DNA of 44,127 bases, taken from positions 1 through 44,127 of the forward strand of contig DAIDMR010000329.1 of the NCBI GenBank assembly GCA_027448865.1. Direction: 5' to 3'. The stretch is from Vampirovibrio sp. (GTDB taxonomy: Bacteria; Cyanobacteriota; Vampirovibrionia; Vampirovibrionales; Vampirovibrionaceae). Position numbers and translations under genes: made by a program. How positions within the stretch are numbered: the stretch's first letter is position 1; each line of letters begins with the position of its first letter. The notes under the pieces are model-generated. The model saw only the letters and a program-made list of their open reading frames with translations. It was not told the DNA's origin and did not search any database. Of the stretch, positions 29,261-39,244 are shown in pieces.

Positions 29261-29893
29261 TTGAGCCTCCTGATTCTCGACAACTTCGACTCCTTTACCT
29301 ACAACCTGTACCAGATGGTACAGGCCAGAACTAGCCTGCCGGTGCGGGTTCATCGCAACAATGAGCTGGACTGGGAGGCCGTAAAGACCCTTAGCCCTCA
29401 AGGCATCCTCATCTCCCCAGGGCCCGGGCATCCGTCCCGCCCGCAGGATTTTGGCATTTGCAAAACCGTGATTGAACGCCAACAAGAGTTAAACTGTCCC
29501 ATTCTGGGCGTCTGTCTGGGTCATCAGGGACTGGTTTACACATTGGGCGGACAAGTGGTTCCGGCCCCCCAAATCATGCACGGCAAAACCTCGGCGGTTC
29601 GCATTGTACAAAACCATCCGTTGCTGGCCGGGCTCCCCAATCCCTTCACCGTCATGCGGTACCATTCCTGGATGGTTGAAGCGGCCAGCCTACCGCGGGA
29701 CTGGGCAGTATTGGCCGAGACGGAACCGACCCCCACGGAACCCACACCCTTGATCATGGCGGTGGCCCATCGAGATCGTCCGCTGTACGGGGTGCAATTT
29801 CATCCGGAATCGGTGGGAACCCCCGAAGGCGGCCAACTGTTGCGTAATTTCATCCAGCTGGCAAACTGCCCGCTGGTTTTCCCGGGCACTTGA
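29261..29893 (+). CDS. Glutamine amidotransferase, anthranilate/aminodeoxychorismate synthase component II (TrpG/PabA)
   Basis: DNFDSFTYNL, ISPGPGHP, LGVCLGHQ, HGK, RYHS, QFHPES; TTG start. Confidence 0.95.
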   Translation: MSLLILDNFDSFTYNLYQMVQARTSLPVRVHRNNELDWEAVKTLSPQGILISPGPGHPSRPQDFGICKTVIERQQELNCPILGVCLGHQGLVYTLGGQVVPAPQIMHGKTSAVRIVQNHPLLAGLPNPFTVMRYHSWMVEAASLPRDWAVLAETEPTPTEPTPLIMAVAHRDRPLYGVQFHPESVGTPEGGQLLRNFIQLANCPLVFPGT

Positions 29894-30216
29894 GAGCGCC
29901 AAAAGCAATGTGAAACGCAATTTTTAATCATGAGCGTTTTTCTTTCACTAACGTTTCAGTTGCGGTTCACGTCTTTTTACCGTATGATTGCCCTGTTTGA
30001 CGTGGCGGCCATGTTTGCGGAGTGACAATTTGCCAACGTCAAAATTTATTCTGGGTCGTCTGAATCGCAGGATTTTGGGTCATCACATCTGATTTAAATT
30101 CGCCCCAGTACCCCTCAGTTTTCTCGTCATCCACTGGATATGTAGTTAAAAAATAACATCTTCAACCCATTTAACCGCGATTAACCCGCGCGATTAACCC
30201 GAAGGAGGATTAACGG

Positions 30217-31047
30217 TTGCTGACTACTGTGACTTTAAGAGCGGGCTTGAGAGGCCTTCGAACCCTGAGCCATACCCAAAGTCAACAAGGGCATTTTTCG
30301 CCGGTTCAACAATTCCAGCCCAAGCGGCTGACCTTTGCCGCCCGCTACCCCTCTCCCACAGGCGAGTCCTCCAGACTGACCAGCGAATCCACGACACTGG
30401 ACACGCTGGACTCTCACCCGGTGACCCTTTCCAGCACCAGCAGCAGCACCAGCAATATTTTCCGGCGACTCTCGGCCCTCAGCAGGAGCAGTCAATCCCT
30501 GAAAGAGGCCGTTCACCGGCCGGAACCCATCAAAAGCGGACTTCTGGATCGACGCAGCATTCAGCTTCCCTCGGACAAGCAGAAGCTCACCATCAGTCAA
30601 AAAATCCTGCGCCTGCTCAACGATGAAGAGCAAGCCGTTCAGCAGGACTTTAGACAACTGATGCAGAACCACCTGAGCAATTTACCCAACCCGCAGGCCC
30701 GGGCTTTAACCCTTCAGGCCCTGGATTTTTTCAACAATGGCTTGTCCAAAACCCTGCGCCAGTGGTTTTTACAAGATCTAAACAGTCATCAGCCCAAGCA
30801 CTTTACCAACACCCAGGGGTTAAGCGCCGGACTCAAAAGCTATCAGGGTAACCTGGAGGCGGTTGACGACTTTTTAAAGCAGGCCATGGAAGGTACCCGG
30901 CAACCGCACAGCGCCCATCCCAAAGCAGCTCTGTCTCCTCAGGCCCTTGAGGCCGCCCAGATGCTGGAAAAAACGGAGCAAGACGTTCACGATTATCGGG
31001 ATGCTCTGAATCACCTGATTCTAAAGCCCAGCGCGTTCAAACCTTAA
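30217..31047 (+). CDS. Hypothetical protein with Ser/Thr-rich N-terminus and helical C-terminal domain
   Basis: AAGGAGG SD before a TTG start; 276 aa. Confidence 0.7.
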   Translation: MLTTVTLRAGLRGLRTLSHTQSQQGHFSPVQQFQPKRLTFAARYPSPTGESSRLTSESTTLDTLDSHPVTLSSTSSSTSNIFRRLSALSRSSQSLKEAVHRPEPIKSGLLDRRSIQLPSDKQKLTISQKILRLLNDEEQAVQQDFRQLMQNHLSNLPNPQARALTLQALDFFNNGLSKTLRQWFLQDLNSHQPKHFTNTQGLSAGLKSYQGNLEAVDDFLKQAMEGTRQPHSAHPKAALSPQALEAAQMLEKTEQDVHDYRDALNHLILKPSAFKP

Positions 31048-31068
31048 CCCTGCACTCACGTGCAATCT

Positions 31069-31560
31069 TTATGGCAGCCCTGTTTGGGGTTCAGCCTGAC
31101 TTTTCTTCGCTTCAATATGCTCGGCCAGATCGCGCACGTAATGCACCGCGTCTTTCAGGGAGGCCTCCAGCAACGGCGCACCCTCCGCTTCTGCGGATTG
31201 GGCCTCACTGTTCAGCGGTTGCCAGTCCATGCGGAACTGCACCACCGGCAAGGCCTTGGGATCGTCATTGGCAGGGGGAATCAGCGCATTATAGACAGCG
31301 CCCTGAAACAGCGGATGATCCTCCAGCGCGTAGCGCACCTCGCCCAGCCGCTCATCAATGGTAATTCGCTCCCGCAGTGGAAAACCCTGAATCAGGATCT
31401 CTCGCACGGCGTAATCTTCGGTACTCTCCACAAACTCAAAGGAGTCGATGCCCTGCATGTAGCGTTCCGGATGCTCAATGCGATCCAGCAGTACGTCCCA
31501 AATGGTTTGCAGGGAGGCATTAACGGGGACAAAATACTCCAGCTTGGGCATGGCAGTCAC
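31069..31560 (-). CDS. SRPBCC/AtaL-like (DUF1857) protein
   Basis: VPVNAS..IWDVLLDRIEHPERYM pattern; C-terminal helix. Confidence 0.75.
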   Translation of the reverse strand: MTAMPKLEYFVPVNASLQTIWDVLLDRIEHPERYMQGIDSFEFVESTEDYAVREILIQGFPLRERITIDERLGEVRYALEDHPLFQGAVYNALIPPANDDPKALPVVQFRMDWQPLNSEAQSAEAEGAPLLEASLKDAVHYVRDLAEHIEAKKSQAEPQTGLP

Positions 31561-31699
31561 ACTCCTTCCAAGAAGTAAAAGATGAATGCCTCATCATACG
31601 ATGAAAGAACCAGCAGGGTCTATTCTCAGGCCGTGAATGGCCACCCTGAAACGTGAATGCCCGATTTCTCAAAGCCCAGCGCTGGAAACGCCTGTCCGC

Positions 31700-32716
31700 T
31701 TACTGGAACATCTCGCTGACAGACTGGTGATCGTGAATCCGGCCCAGTGCTTCGCCCAGGATTGGCGCTATGGAGAGCTGCACGATTTTTCCGGTACGCT
31801 CCAGTTCCTGAGCCGCGGGACTCAGCGGAATGGAGTTGGTCACAATCACTTCGCTAAAGACGGAGTCCGCAATACGGTCTACAGCCGGGCCGGAGAAAAC
31901 CGGATGGGCCGCCATGGCGTACACCGCCTCGGCCCCTTCGTTTAAAATCAACTGGGCCGCAGAGCAGACCGTGCCAGCCGTATCAATCATGTCATCCACA
32001 ATAATGGCCGTCCGGTTACGCACGTCCCCGATAATATTGAACACTTCGGCCACGTTGTGGGCGCTACGGCGTTTATCGATGATGGCGATGGGGGCGTTCA
32101 GCTTCTTGGCGTAAACCCGGGCCCGCTCCACGCCACCGGCGTCGGGGCTGACCACCACAATGTTCTCCAGATTTTTCTGTTGAATGTAGCGCAGCAAGAC
32201 CGGGGTGGCATACAGGTGATCCACCAGAATATTGAAAAAGCCCTGTAACTGACCGGTGTGCAAGTCCATGGCCACCACCCGGGTAGCCCCGGCGGTGGTG
32301 ATGAGATCAGCCATTAACTTGGCGGAGATAGGCTCACGGCCGGCGGTTTTACGATCCTGACGAGCGTAGCCATAATAGGGAATGACCGCGGTGATGGTAT
32401 TGGCGCTGGCCCGCTTCAGGGCATCAATAATCATCAACAACTCTATAATATTGTCGTTCACCGGGTTACAGGTGGGCTGCACGATAAAGGCATCGCAGCC
32501 ACGCACGTTTTCCTTCACCTGAACGTATGTTTCCCCATCGCTGAAGTTTTTGATTTCCACCTTGCTGAGTTCGGTACCGAGATAACGGGCGATTTCCTGA
32601 GCCAAACGGGGGTTTGCTCGCCCGGTAAAAATTTTAACCTTGCTGGTGTCGTGAATACCGCTTTCGATTTCCAGATCCGGCAAGCGAAGCTCGATAGCCA
32701 AGTCGTTATCCTCCAT
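31700..32716 (-). CDS. prs: Ribose-phosphate pyrophosphokinase
   Basis: FSDGE, PYYGYARQDR, DLH..Q.QGFF, VSPDAGG, VDDMIDTAGT. Confidence 0.98.
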   Translation of the reverse strand: MEDNDLAIELRLPDLEIESGIHDTSKVKIFTGRANPRLAQEIARYLGTELSKVEIKNFSDGETYVQVKENVRGCDAFIVQPTCNPVNDNIIELLMIIDALKRASANTITAVIPYYGYARQDRKTAGREPISAKLMADLITTAGATRVVAMDLHTGQLQGFFNILVDHLYATPVLLRYIQQKNLENIVVVSPDAGGVERARVYAKKLNAPIAIIDKRRSAHNVAEVFNIIGDVRNRTAIIVDDMIDTAGTVCSAAQLILNEGAEAVYAMAAHPVFSGPAVDRIADSVFSEVIVTNSIPLSPAAQELERTGKIVQLSIAPILGEALGRIHDHQSVSEMFQ

Positions 32717-33052
32717 AATGGTACCTTCTTGCAAGAGGTGCTTTTAACGAGAGGGAATGATGTAAGACGTTAGTACCTTCGATTGGTGTCGTGGGTGAGA
32801 GAGGGGTGGGGCAGGCCCGGCGGCAACGAGAACTCTGGCAGGACCTTGCCTGACCATCTTTGCCAATCTGCCCGGAGGAAATTTACCAGAGGTTTCGAGT
32901 GAATTTCCCGACTGTTGGATTAGCCTATTTCAATAAAAGATTAACAGAAAAAAAAGTGCTTTTCAGCCTGTAAAAACAGGATTCGCAATTTCAGAATCCA
33001 TTGCCTGGGGGATATCGGAAAGTCCAAAACCGGGAGGCTCACCCTTTAAAAT

Positions 33053-33198
33053 AGGCAGGGCTCCCTTCACCACACGTTTGTAAAACTGCGCTCAGCTCAA
33101 ACAAACTGTGGAACAGCTTTTGGCAAAGTTGCCCAGCATCTATCCTTAACCCGCTGTACTCAAACAGTTACAAACGTGTGGCGAAGGGAGCCTTGCCT
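33053..33198. repeat. Palindromic dispersed element, copy 2 (31-bp arms with 2 mismatches around an 84-nt core)
   Basis: 33053-33083 pairs with 33168-33198; core is 61/84 identical to copy 1 without gaps. Confidence 0.9.
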
Positions 33199-34226
33199 TA
33201 AAATAACTGGTTGACGAAAGCCAGCCCATCATCGGTCAGGCTGTACTCGCTGACTTCCGCAGTACCGCTTAAATCCGGCACCATGGACAAATACCCCCGG
33301 GACAAGGCCGCCTCCAGGGCACTGTGGTTCACCGGCGTCAGACCGGATTTCACCAGATTGGCGTTAATCCGCTTCAGGGAGAAACAGGCTTGCGCCTCCA
33401 CCTGACTGAGGTAGTAGGCAGCCAGCAGCAAATAATCCTCGGAACTGCCGGGATGGGCCTGATCGCACAAATCGGCCAGTGAGTTCACCAAGTCCAGATT
33501 CATGGGCTGGGCAGCCGACACCGGGGACTGCTCATAAAGCGTCTCAATCACCGGAGCGGTGGGCAACGTCGGCGGGGGAGCTTCCAAATCACGCATCACC
33601 GTATCCATCACCGATTCAAAATCATCCTTGGGCGTTGTACTGGCTGGCTGGACTGTCGCCGATGGCGGCACCACCGATAAAGCAGGCGGGGCCGAAACCT
33701 CTGGAGGCTGGGCGGGCAGAGCAACAGGGGCGGCGGTAACCGATTCAACCGTCGGCGGCAGGGGGACGACGGGCTCCGGGAGCGTTTGCACCGGGGCAGC
33801 CATGGCCGGAGCGGAAGGTTCTGGCACGGAAGGTTCTGACAAGGGAGCCGAGACTGGCAACACCGGGGGTTCCGGGACGATGACTGCTGGAGCAGGCTCT
33901 GAAGCGGGAGAGGCGGGGGACTCAGCCGCAACTGGAACCGGGGCCACAGGGGCAGTGGGGACAACCACCGGCACGGGAGGCGGGATTTCTGGCGTAATCT
34001 CAGAAACCGCGGGGCCAGAAACTACGGGTGTACTGGCCGGAACAACGGGATGGGGGGGGGCCACCGAAGCGGGTTTGGGGAGGCTGACCGGCACATAACT
34101 GTCATCCAGCAAAATGCGAAACCACTTGTCCATTTGCTTGGAGACGAAATAGACATCATCCGAGGACAGGTTGATAAACAGCCCATCTTTTTTAAGGCTC
34201 ATTTCATAACGATGTGGGGCATCCAT
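33198..34226 (-). CDS. Hypothetical protein: short N-terminal domain, long Pro/Ala/Val linker, winged-helix-like C-terminal domain
   Basis: AAGGAG SD before ATG 34226; C-terminus LLLAAYYL..FSLKRIN..ALSRGYL..YSLTDDG. Confidence 0.8.
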   Translation of the reverse strand: MDAPHRYEMSLKKDGLFINLSSDDVYFVSKQMDKWFRILLDDSYVPVSLPKPASVAPPHPVVPASTPVVSGPAVSEITPEIPPPVPVVVPTAPVAPVPVAAESPASPASEPAPAVIVPEPPVLPVSAPLSEPSVPEPSAPAMAAPVQTLPEPVVPLPPTVESVTAAPVALPAQPPEVSAPPALSVVPPSATVQPASTTPKDDFESVMDTVMRDLEAPPPTLPTAPVIETLYEQSPVSAAQPMNLDLVNSLADLCDQAHPGSSEDYLLLAAYYLSQVEAQACFSLKRINANLVKSGLTPVNHSALEAALSRGYLSMVPDLSGTAEVSEYSLTDDGLAFVNQLF

Positions 34227-34513
34227 GACTACGAGACTCCTTGCCGTGCGGGCCTGGGCCAAATACTATCTCTCTATCAGCGGGTACTCACCCAAAGAAC
34301 GGGGCCCACCATCAGCAACCTGTAAGACATCGACCAAGCCTGGCGACTGGAGAGAAAGCGGAACCAGCAGCCTCATTTTGGGCCAGCCTATTGCCGATTA
34401 AAACCATTATAGGAGGTAATAAGCCATAATACATTCTACGCGTGGTGGAGATTTGAAGAACCAGCCCAACGGGCAGCCTTGGTCACAAAGGGGCCTAAGC
34501 CGGGCGAAAGCGT

Positions 34514-34642
34514 CTACTTCTCTTCCTGTGTGACCAGCATATTGCGCCAGTTGTCCATCTGGGTCTCAATAAACTTGGCGTCATCGCTTTTCAGCTCCAA
34601 CTCCAGATCCCCTTTTTTCAGCTTGAAAACGTATTCGCTCAC
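34514..34642 (-). CDS. 42-aa microprotein MSEYVFKLKKGDLELELKSDDAKFIETQMDNWRNMLVTQEEK
   Basis: GTG start with purine-rich AAGGATAGGGA leader, TAG stop; aligns with the N-terminus of 33198-34226; below the ORF-track cutoff. Confidence 0.8.
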   Translation of the reverse strand: MSEYVFKLKKGDLELELKSDDAKFIETQMDNWRNMLVTQEEK

Positions 34643-34825
34643 GGTACTTCCCTATCCTTTTCAGCCCTGATTCATCATGGCCGATTCTACCAAATGACTT
34701 GAGCCTTATTATAATACGCCCGATCTTGATGAGGAAACATTTCCCTGACCGCCCCACGCAAAAACTCCCTGAAGCCCAAGGCGTTCAGGGAGTTTGAAAC
34801 GAATATCAAGCCGGGATCAAACCCA

Positions 34826-35191
34826 CTAGGCTTCCGTATCCAGCTTTTGTCCACAACCAAACATGGGTGCGGCAGGACTCCCAAAAGGCTGCCCTGGCAG
34901 CGGTTGGGGAGCAAACTGAGGAGCCAATGGTTGAGGGCCATACGGTGCAGCGGCCAGCCCGGGGAAAGCACCCGGCAGGGGGGCAGCGTTAGCCGGGAAT
35001 GGCTGAGTGATGCCTGGCGCCGGGAAAGGGGCCGCACCCGGGAAAGAAGGCGCTCCGGGGAAGGGTGCAGGGCCGGGAATAGGGGCAGAGCCCTGTGGAA
35101 TGGCCGGGTCTCCGTAGCCAATGGCGGGCGGAAGCTGCGGCGGGAACTGAGGCGTAAAAGGGGCGCCGGCGGGGGGGAAAGGCATTGCCAT
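34826..35191 (-). CDS. Pro/Gly/Ala/Phe-rich disordered small protein
   Basis: CAGGAG SD before ATG 35191; PFPG-type repeats; ends GQKLDTEA. Confidence 0.7.
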   Translation of the reverse strand: MAMPFPPAGAPFTPQFPPQLPPAIGYGDPAIPQGSAPIPGPAPFPGAPSFPGAAPFPAPGITQPFPANAAPLPGAFPGLAAAPYGPQPLAPQFAPQPLPGQPFGSPAAPMFGCGQKLDTEA

Positions 35192-35516
35192 TAATGAAGT
35201 CTCCTGTTGGAAAAGGGTCGGGGAAACCGCACAAGACCACCCGCTCAAAGTTATCCGGTGAGGTGCATCTTGTGAAGTGATGGTAGCTATGTAAACCCGC
35301 TACAGCCAAAAAGCTGCGAAAGCGTTCTGAATTGTAATAATAATTGTTTTTAAATTTAAAAACCGGGACGCTCACTCCGTCGTCTCCGTCCTCTTGCTCA
35401 AATCGCTGAGATTGGCTAAACTGGTTTTATCGAATTTTTTTTCGATTTTTATTGTCCAACCAATTTTTGCTGTTCGATCAACCTGTAATCTCGCCATTTA
35501 AAAGACGCCAGCCCGC

Positions 35517-36623
35517 ATGACACCGCCCTGCCGAAAAATCATTCATATCGACATGGACGCCTTTTACGCCGCCGTGGAGCAGCGGGACTTCCCACAATAT
35601 CAGGGCTTGCCGCTGGCCGTGGGCGGCACCACGGCGCAACGCGGGGTGATTGCCACCGCCAGTTACGAGGCCCGGGCTTTTGGGGTGAAATCCGCCATGT
35701 CCACCTACAAGGCCCTGAAGCTGTGCCCCCAACTGATTGTCGTACCGGGTCGCTTTGAGGCTTACAAGGAAGTTTCCCGTCAAATCCGGGCCATTTTTGC
35801 CGACTATACCGACCTGATTGAGCCCCTCTCGCTGGATGAGGCCTATCTGGATGTGACCGGGCAGAACGAGGGCAACCCTTCGGCCACGCTCATCGCCTAC
35901 GAAATCAAGCAGCGGATTTTGCGCGAAACCGGTCTGACGGCTTCCGCCGGGGTGTCCTATAACAAGTTTCTGGCCAAAGTGGCCTCCGACTACAACAAGC
36001 CCAACGGCTTGTGCGTGATCCCGCCCCACAAGGCCCAGCGGTTTATTGAGGAGCTGCCCATTGGGCGTTTTTATGGCATTGGGCAAAAAACCGAACCCAG
36101 ACTGAAGGCCATGAACATCCACACCGGCGCCCATCTCAAAGCGCTGAGCATGAAAACGCTGGAGTCTATTTTCGGAAAAAGCGCCGCATTCTATTATGAT
36201 CTGGCCCGGGGAAGAGACGATCGCCCCGTGGAAACAGATTGGGTCCGAAAATCAATCGGGTCAGAAACAACCTTTAGCCAGAATCTCTGCGATCCGGCTC
36301 CCATGCTGACAGAACTCTCCACGCTGGCCGCCGAGGTTCTGGCGTGGATGCGTCGGCATGAGACCTATGGCCGAACCCTGACCCTGAAAGTGAAATACGC
36401 CGATTTCCAACAAATTACCCGCAGCCGAACCCAGGCCACCCCCTTTGACACCCTGGAAAGCATGATGCAGACCTTGACCGACCTGCTAGAGCAAACCGAA
36501 GCGCAGAACCACCGCCCTGTCCGCTTGCTAGGGGTCTCTGTATCCAAGTTGTGGCATCCCGGCGAAGCCGATTCTCCCGTAACGCACCAGCCGGAACAAC
36601 TCAAACTGGCATTGGGCGCATAA
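35517..36623 (+). CDS. dinB: DNA polymerase IV
   Basis: IIHIDMDAFYAAVE, SYEAR.FGV.SAM, SLDEAYLD, NKFLAK.AS..NKPNG; C-terminal clamp-binding-like QLKLAL. Confidence 0.97.
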   Translation: MTPPCRKIIHIDMDAFYAAVEQRDFPQYQGLPLAVGGTTAQRGVIATASYEARAFGVKSAMSTYKALKLCPQLIVVPGRFEAYKEVSRQIRAIFADYTDLIEPLSLDEAYLDVTGQNEGNPSATLIAYEIKQRILRETGLTASAGVSYNKFLAKVASDYNKPNGLCVIPPHKAQRFIEELPIGRFYGIGQKTEPRLKAMNIHTGAHLKALSMKTLESIFGKSAAFYYDLARGRDDRPVETDWVRKSIGSETTFSQNLCDPAPMLTELSTLAAEVLAWMRRHETYGRTLTLKVKYADFQQITRSRTQATPFDTLESMMQTLTDLLEQTEAQNHRPVRLLGVSVSKLWHPGEADSPVTHQPEQLKLALGA

Positions 36624-36850
36624 GCCCTGAGGGCCAGCATTTCAGCAAAGCAACTTTACAAAACGAAACAAAACGTTCCAGACCGACAAATGTTTGTTTT
36701 TATGCAATCACAAGGACAAGGCTGGAACAAATTTAAAACTCTTCTTTCATATTGCGCTTTAACGCCATACCCGATTGCTTTTGGGTTCGGCGTTTTTTAT
36801 TTTGTTAGGCAGTACCCAAGCCCGTAACGCAACAGAAAGAAGATGGAACC

Positions 36851-37429
36851 ATGCCCCTCATTGGTGTTTCGGATTTTGTAAAACGACAAACCCCAGATAG
36901 TAAGTACGATCACTTCGCCGGGGACTGGGATGAGTTGATAAAACTGATAGAGGGTCAGTGGAAACAACGCCAGCCTTCTTCTCACAACAGCGGTGTGCTG
37001 CTGGTTCCTGTGCCGGAGGCTGAGTGTCATCGCTTTTTGGGCAGCGTGATTGCCGTGGATGAAAATACGCCCCTCACCGCTCATTTTGCCCCCCGAATGG
37101 CTGGAGAAGCGGGGTTTATTCAGGTGGAGGTCTGTGGCGGACAAAAAGTACCCGCCCACCGGGCGGAAATTATTCTCTACAGCCATGAGACCCTGGCCCG
37201 GGACGGGGATGCCCCGGCCACCCGGGAGGCCGATTACTATATTGTTTCCATCAATGCCTACGCCTCCGGGCAAGCCGAACCGATGAGCCCGATGACCATG
37301 GCCCGGAACTTTCTGGGACTCAAAGGGGGCACACGGCCGGAAACGCCCTACACCGCCCAGGAGTTCGCCGAGTCCATTATTTATTGGAGCCAGCACGCCC
37401 GCATCGGGCATTCATCCCCCGGCGGGTAA
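36851..37429 (+). CDS. DUF3228 family protein
   Basis: ILYSHETL..DYYIVSINA..EPMSPMTMARNFLG..GG..YWSQHA. Confidence 0.75.
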   Translation: MPLIGVSDFVKRQTPDSKYDHFAGDWDELIKLIEGQWKQRQPSSHNSGVLLVPVPEAECHRFLGSVIAVDENTPLTAHFAPRMAGEAGFIQVEVCGGQKVPAHRAEIILYSHETLARDGDAPATREADYYIVSINAYASGQAEPMSPMTMARNFLGLKGGTRPETPYTAQEFAESIIYWSQHARIGHSSPGG

Positions 37430-38022
37430 GACGCTCCGCCAAGTGTTCTGATCGGCCGTTAAGCGCCGATCAGCTGGGCTATCCGATCTCAAAAATCAGG
37501 CCTCAAAAATCAGACCGCCAAATCAAACACGGGGCAGGCCAGTCAAGCGCTTATTCTGATACTGAATCACGCTGATACGCAATCACGCTGCGCAACGACC
37601 ACTTTCAGCAGACCCCAGAACAGGACACTCCCCGGATCGGCTTGGGAACCACGAGTGAAAACAAAATTCGTAAAAGTGGAACCCCTCTATCGGCTAGGTT
37701 TAACTTGGATGATTTTAAACCATATAACTCATGCTGGAATTCTGGAGTTAGCAGAGTCGCCAAGTGGAGCGTCATACCATGCGAAACGCCATGTCAGTGT
37801 CCAAGTTGAAATACGCCACTCTCAAAAACAGCAGCGGGCTTTACAACTGGAGCGCCACGCACCGGAATGAATCCCGTCCGGAAGCTGAGGACACTGAGAC
37901 AACACACCCGCGACGCCCCGAAACAGACGCTTCCAGCACTGTGAATCCCCCACCCCTACCCAGGGAGCAGGCCTAATAATTCTCCCCCCAAAAAATACCC
38001 GAAGAGACAAGAGGGCTTTACC

Positions 38023-38340
38023 ATGTTCAAAAGTCAAACCCTGTCGACTGATGATTTCACGACTCAGGCCACCCAAACCTGCACTCAGTTGAGGTCGATG
38101 GACATACAAAGCTACCTGGCCCTCATGTTGTCCCAATATCATGAGGATCGGGAGCAGTGCCTATTTCTGCCCTCCTTGCTCAGTATGGCTGAATGCTTTG
38201 AATGCTCCGCGGTCGAAGTGCATCAAGCCTTGGAGCAACTAAAAACCTTTGGCTGCGACTTTTTTATTATGGGCTTTGAAAGCCCCATTACCCTGTGGTA
38301 TCCAGAACGGTTGAATGGCGCTGCCAATCAATCCGCCTAG
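38023..38340 (+). CDS. Small GntR-like winged-helix protein
   Basis: LPSLLSMAECFECSAVEVHQALEQLKTFG resembles the GntR LPSxxxLA...S..TVR.A...L..EG pattern. Confidence 0.6.
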   Translation: MFKSQTLSTDDFTTQATQTCTQLRSMDIQSYLALMLSQYHEDREQCLFLPSLLSMAECFECSAVEVHQALEQLKTFGCDFFIMGFESPITLWYPERLNGAANQSA

Positions 38341-38356
38341 CCCTATCTGAATCCTG

Positions 38357-38396
38357 AAAAAATCCCGCCCTGGCCTTAAACCGGGACGGGATTTTT
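38357..38396. terminator. Bidirectional intrinsic terminator
   Basis: AAAAAATCCCG...CGGGATTTTT between convergent genes. Confidence 0.75.
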
Positions 38397-38421
38397 GAAT
38401 TTAATCCGCTATAGCAGACGA

Positions 38422-38967
38422 CTACCAGTAGCCACGAACGGTGGTGCCACTGGAAGCGCTGCGGGAAGAGCGGCTTTCATAGTAGCGAGGCTCTGGCTTG
38501 GCGGCAGGCTCCTGGTAGGCCACTTTCTGGTTCTCGATGACCTGCTGCAGGGTACTGCCCCAAGCAGCAAACTGCTCTTTGGAAGCGGAAGAGACATTCG
38601 GAACCTGACCTTCCATGCGGCCATTCAAATCCCACTCGGCCACGGTAGCGCCATCGGCGTCCACCACCTTGTAGGCATCACCAGCCTTGTAGGGAACGGT
38701 CACGGTGTTGTTGGAAACCAGGGGAATGTACTGGCCATCGTTACCATTGAAAAACAGGGCCTTACCGGTGTTGTTGATAATGTGGAAAGAAACCTGATCT
38801 TTGGTGATGGGGGCAACAATAGCCGGACTCAGGTTGGAGACCGACGGGTTGGAATTCACTTTAATCTCAAACGTGGCGTAAGGGCCCTCTTCTGCGAATA
38901 CATTCGCCGGAACCATGGCCACAGCAACAGCGGCGGCCAACAGGGCGCCTTTGAAAAAACGATTCAT
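38422..38967 (-). CDS. Exported hypothetical protein
   Basis: AAGGAG SD; Sec signal peptide (..VFA); beta-rich domain; ends VRGYW. Confidence 0.8.
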   Translation of the reverse strand: MNRFFKGALLAAAVAVAMVPANVFAEEGPYATFEIKVNSNPSVSNLSPAIVAPITKDQVSFHIINNTGKALFFNGNDGQYIPLVSNNTVTVPYKAGDAYKVVDADGATVAEWDLNGRMEGQVPNVSSASKEQFAAWGSTLQQVIENQKVAYQEPAAKPEPRYYESRSSRSASSGTTVRGYW

Positions 38968-39244
38968 TTGATTCTCCTTCAACAAATAACTCAACCAAAT
39001 CACACAACGAAAAAGTGATTCTGCAAAGCAAAATGCCCTGCCCAATTACAAACTAAACTGCCAAACGTACATCACTCAATAATTCAATTAAAAATATCAT
39101 AACACACTTTCAGCAAGGGCCTTTTCACCCTTTACAAGCCCTTACATTTCAGACAGAAACAGCCCTGCTCCCCATTTTGCAAATCCGGAATTTAGAGATA
39201 CGCTTACGAGATACGAATCATCGTCATCCCTTAAAGGAGTTTCC

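Noticed and set aside
35425-35480. Possible LexA box before dinB (ATCGAA-T-run-TTCGAT palindrome)
   Set aside because: Does not fit GAAC-N4-GTTC, CTGT-N8-ACAG or the cyanobacterial RGTAC-N3-DGTWCB box; single instance
37791-37976. Small ORF MSVSKLKYATLKN... upstream of the GntR-like gene
   Set aside because: No clear SD or recognisable motif; cannot be supported
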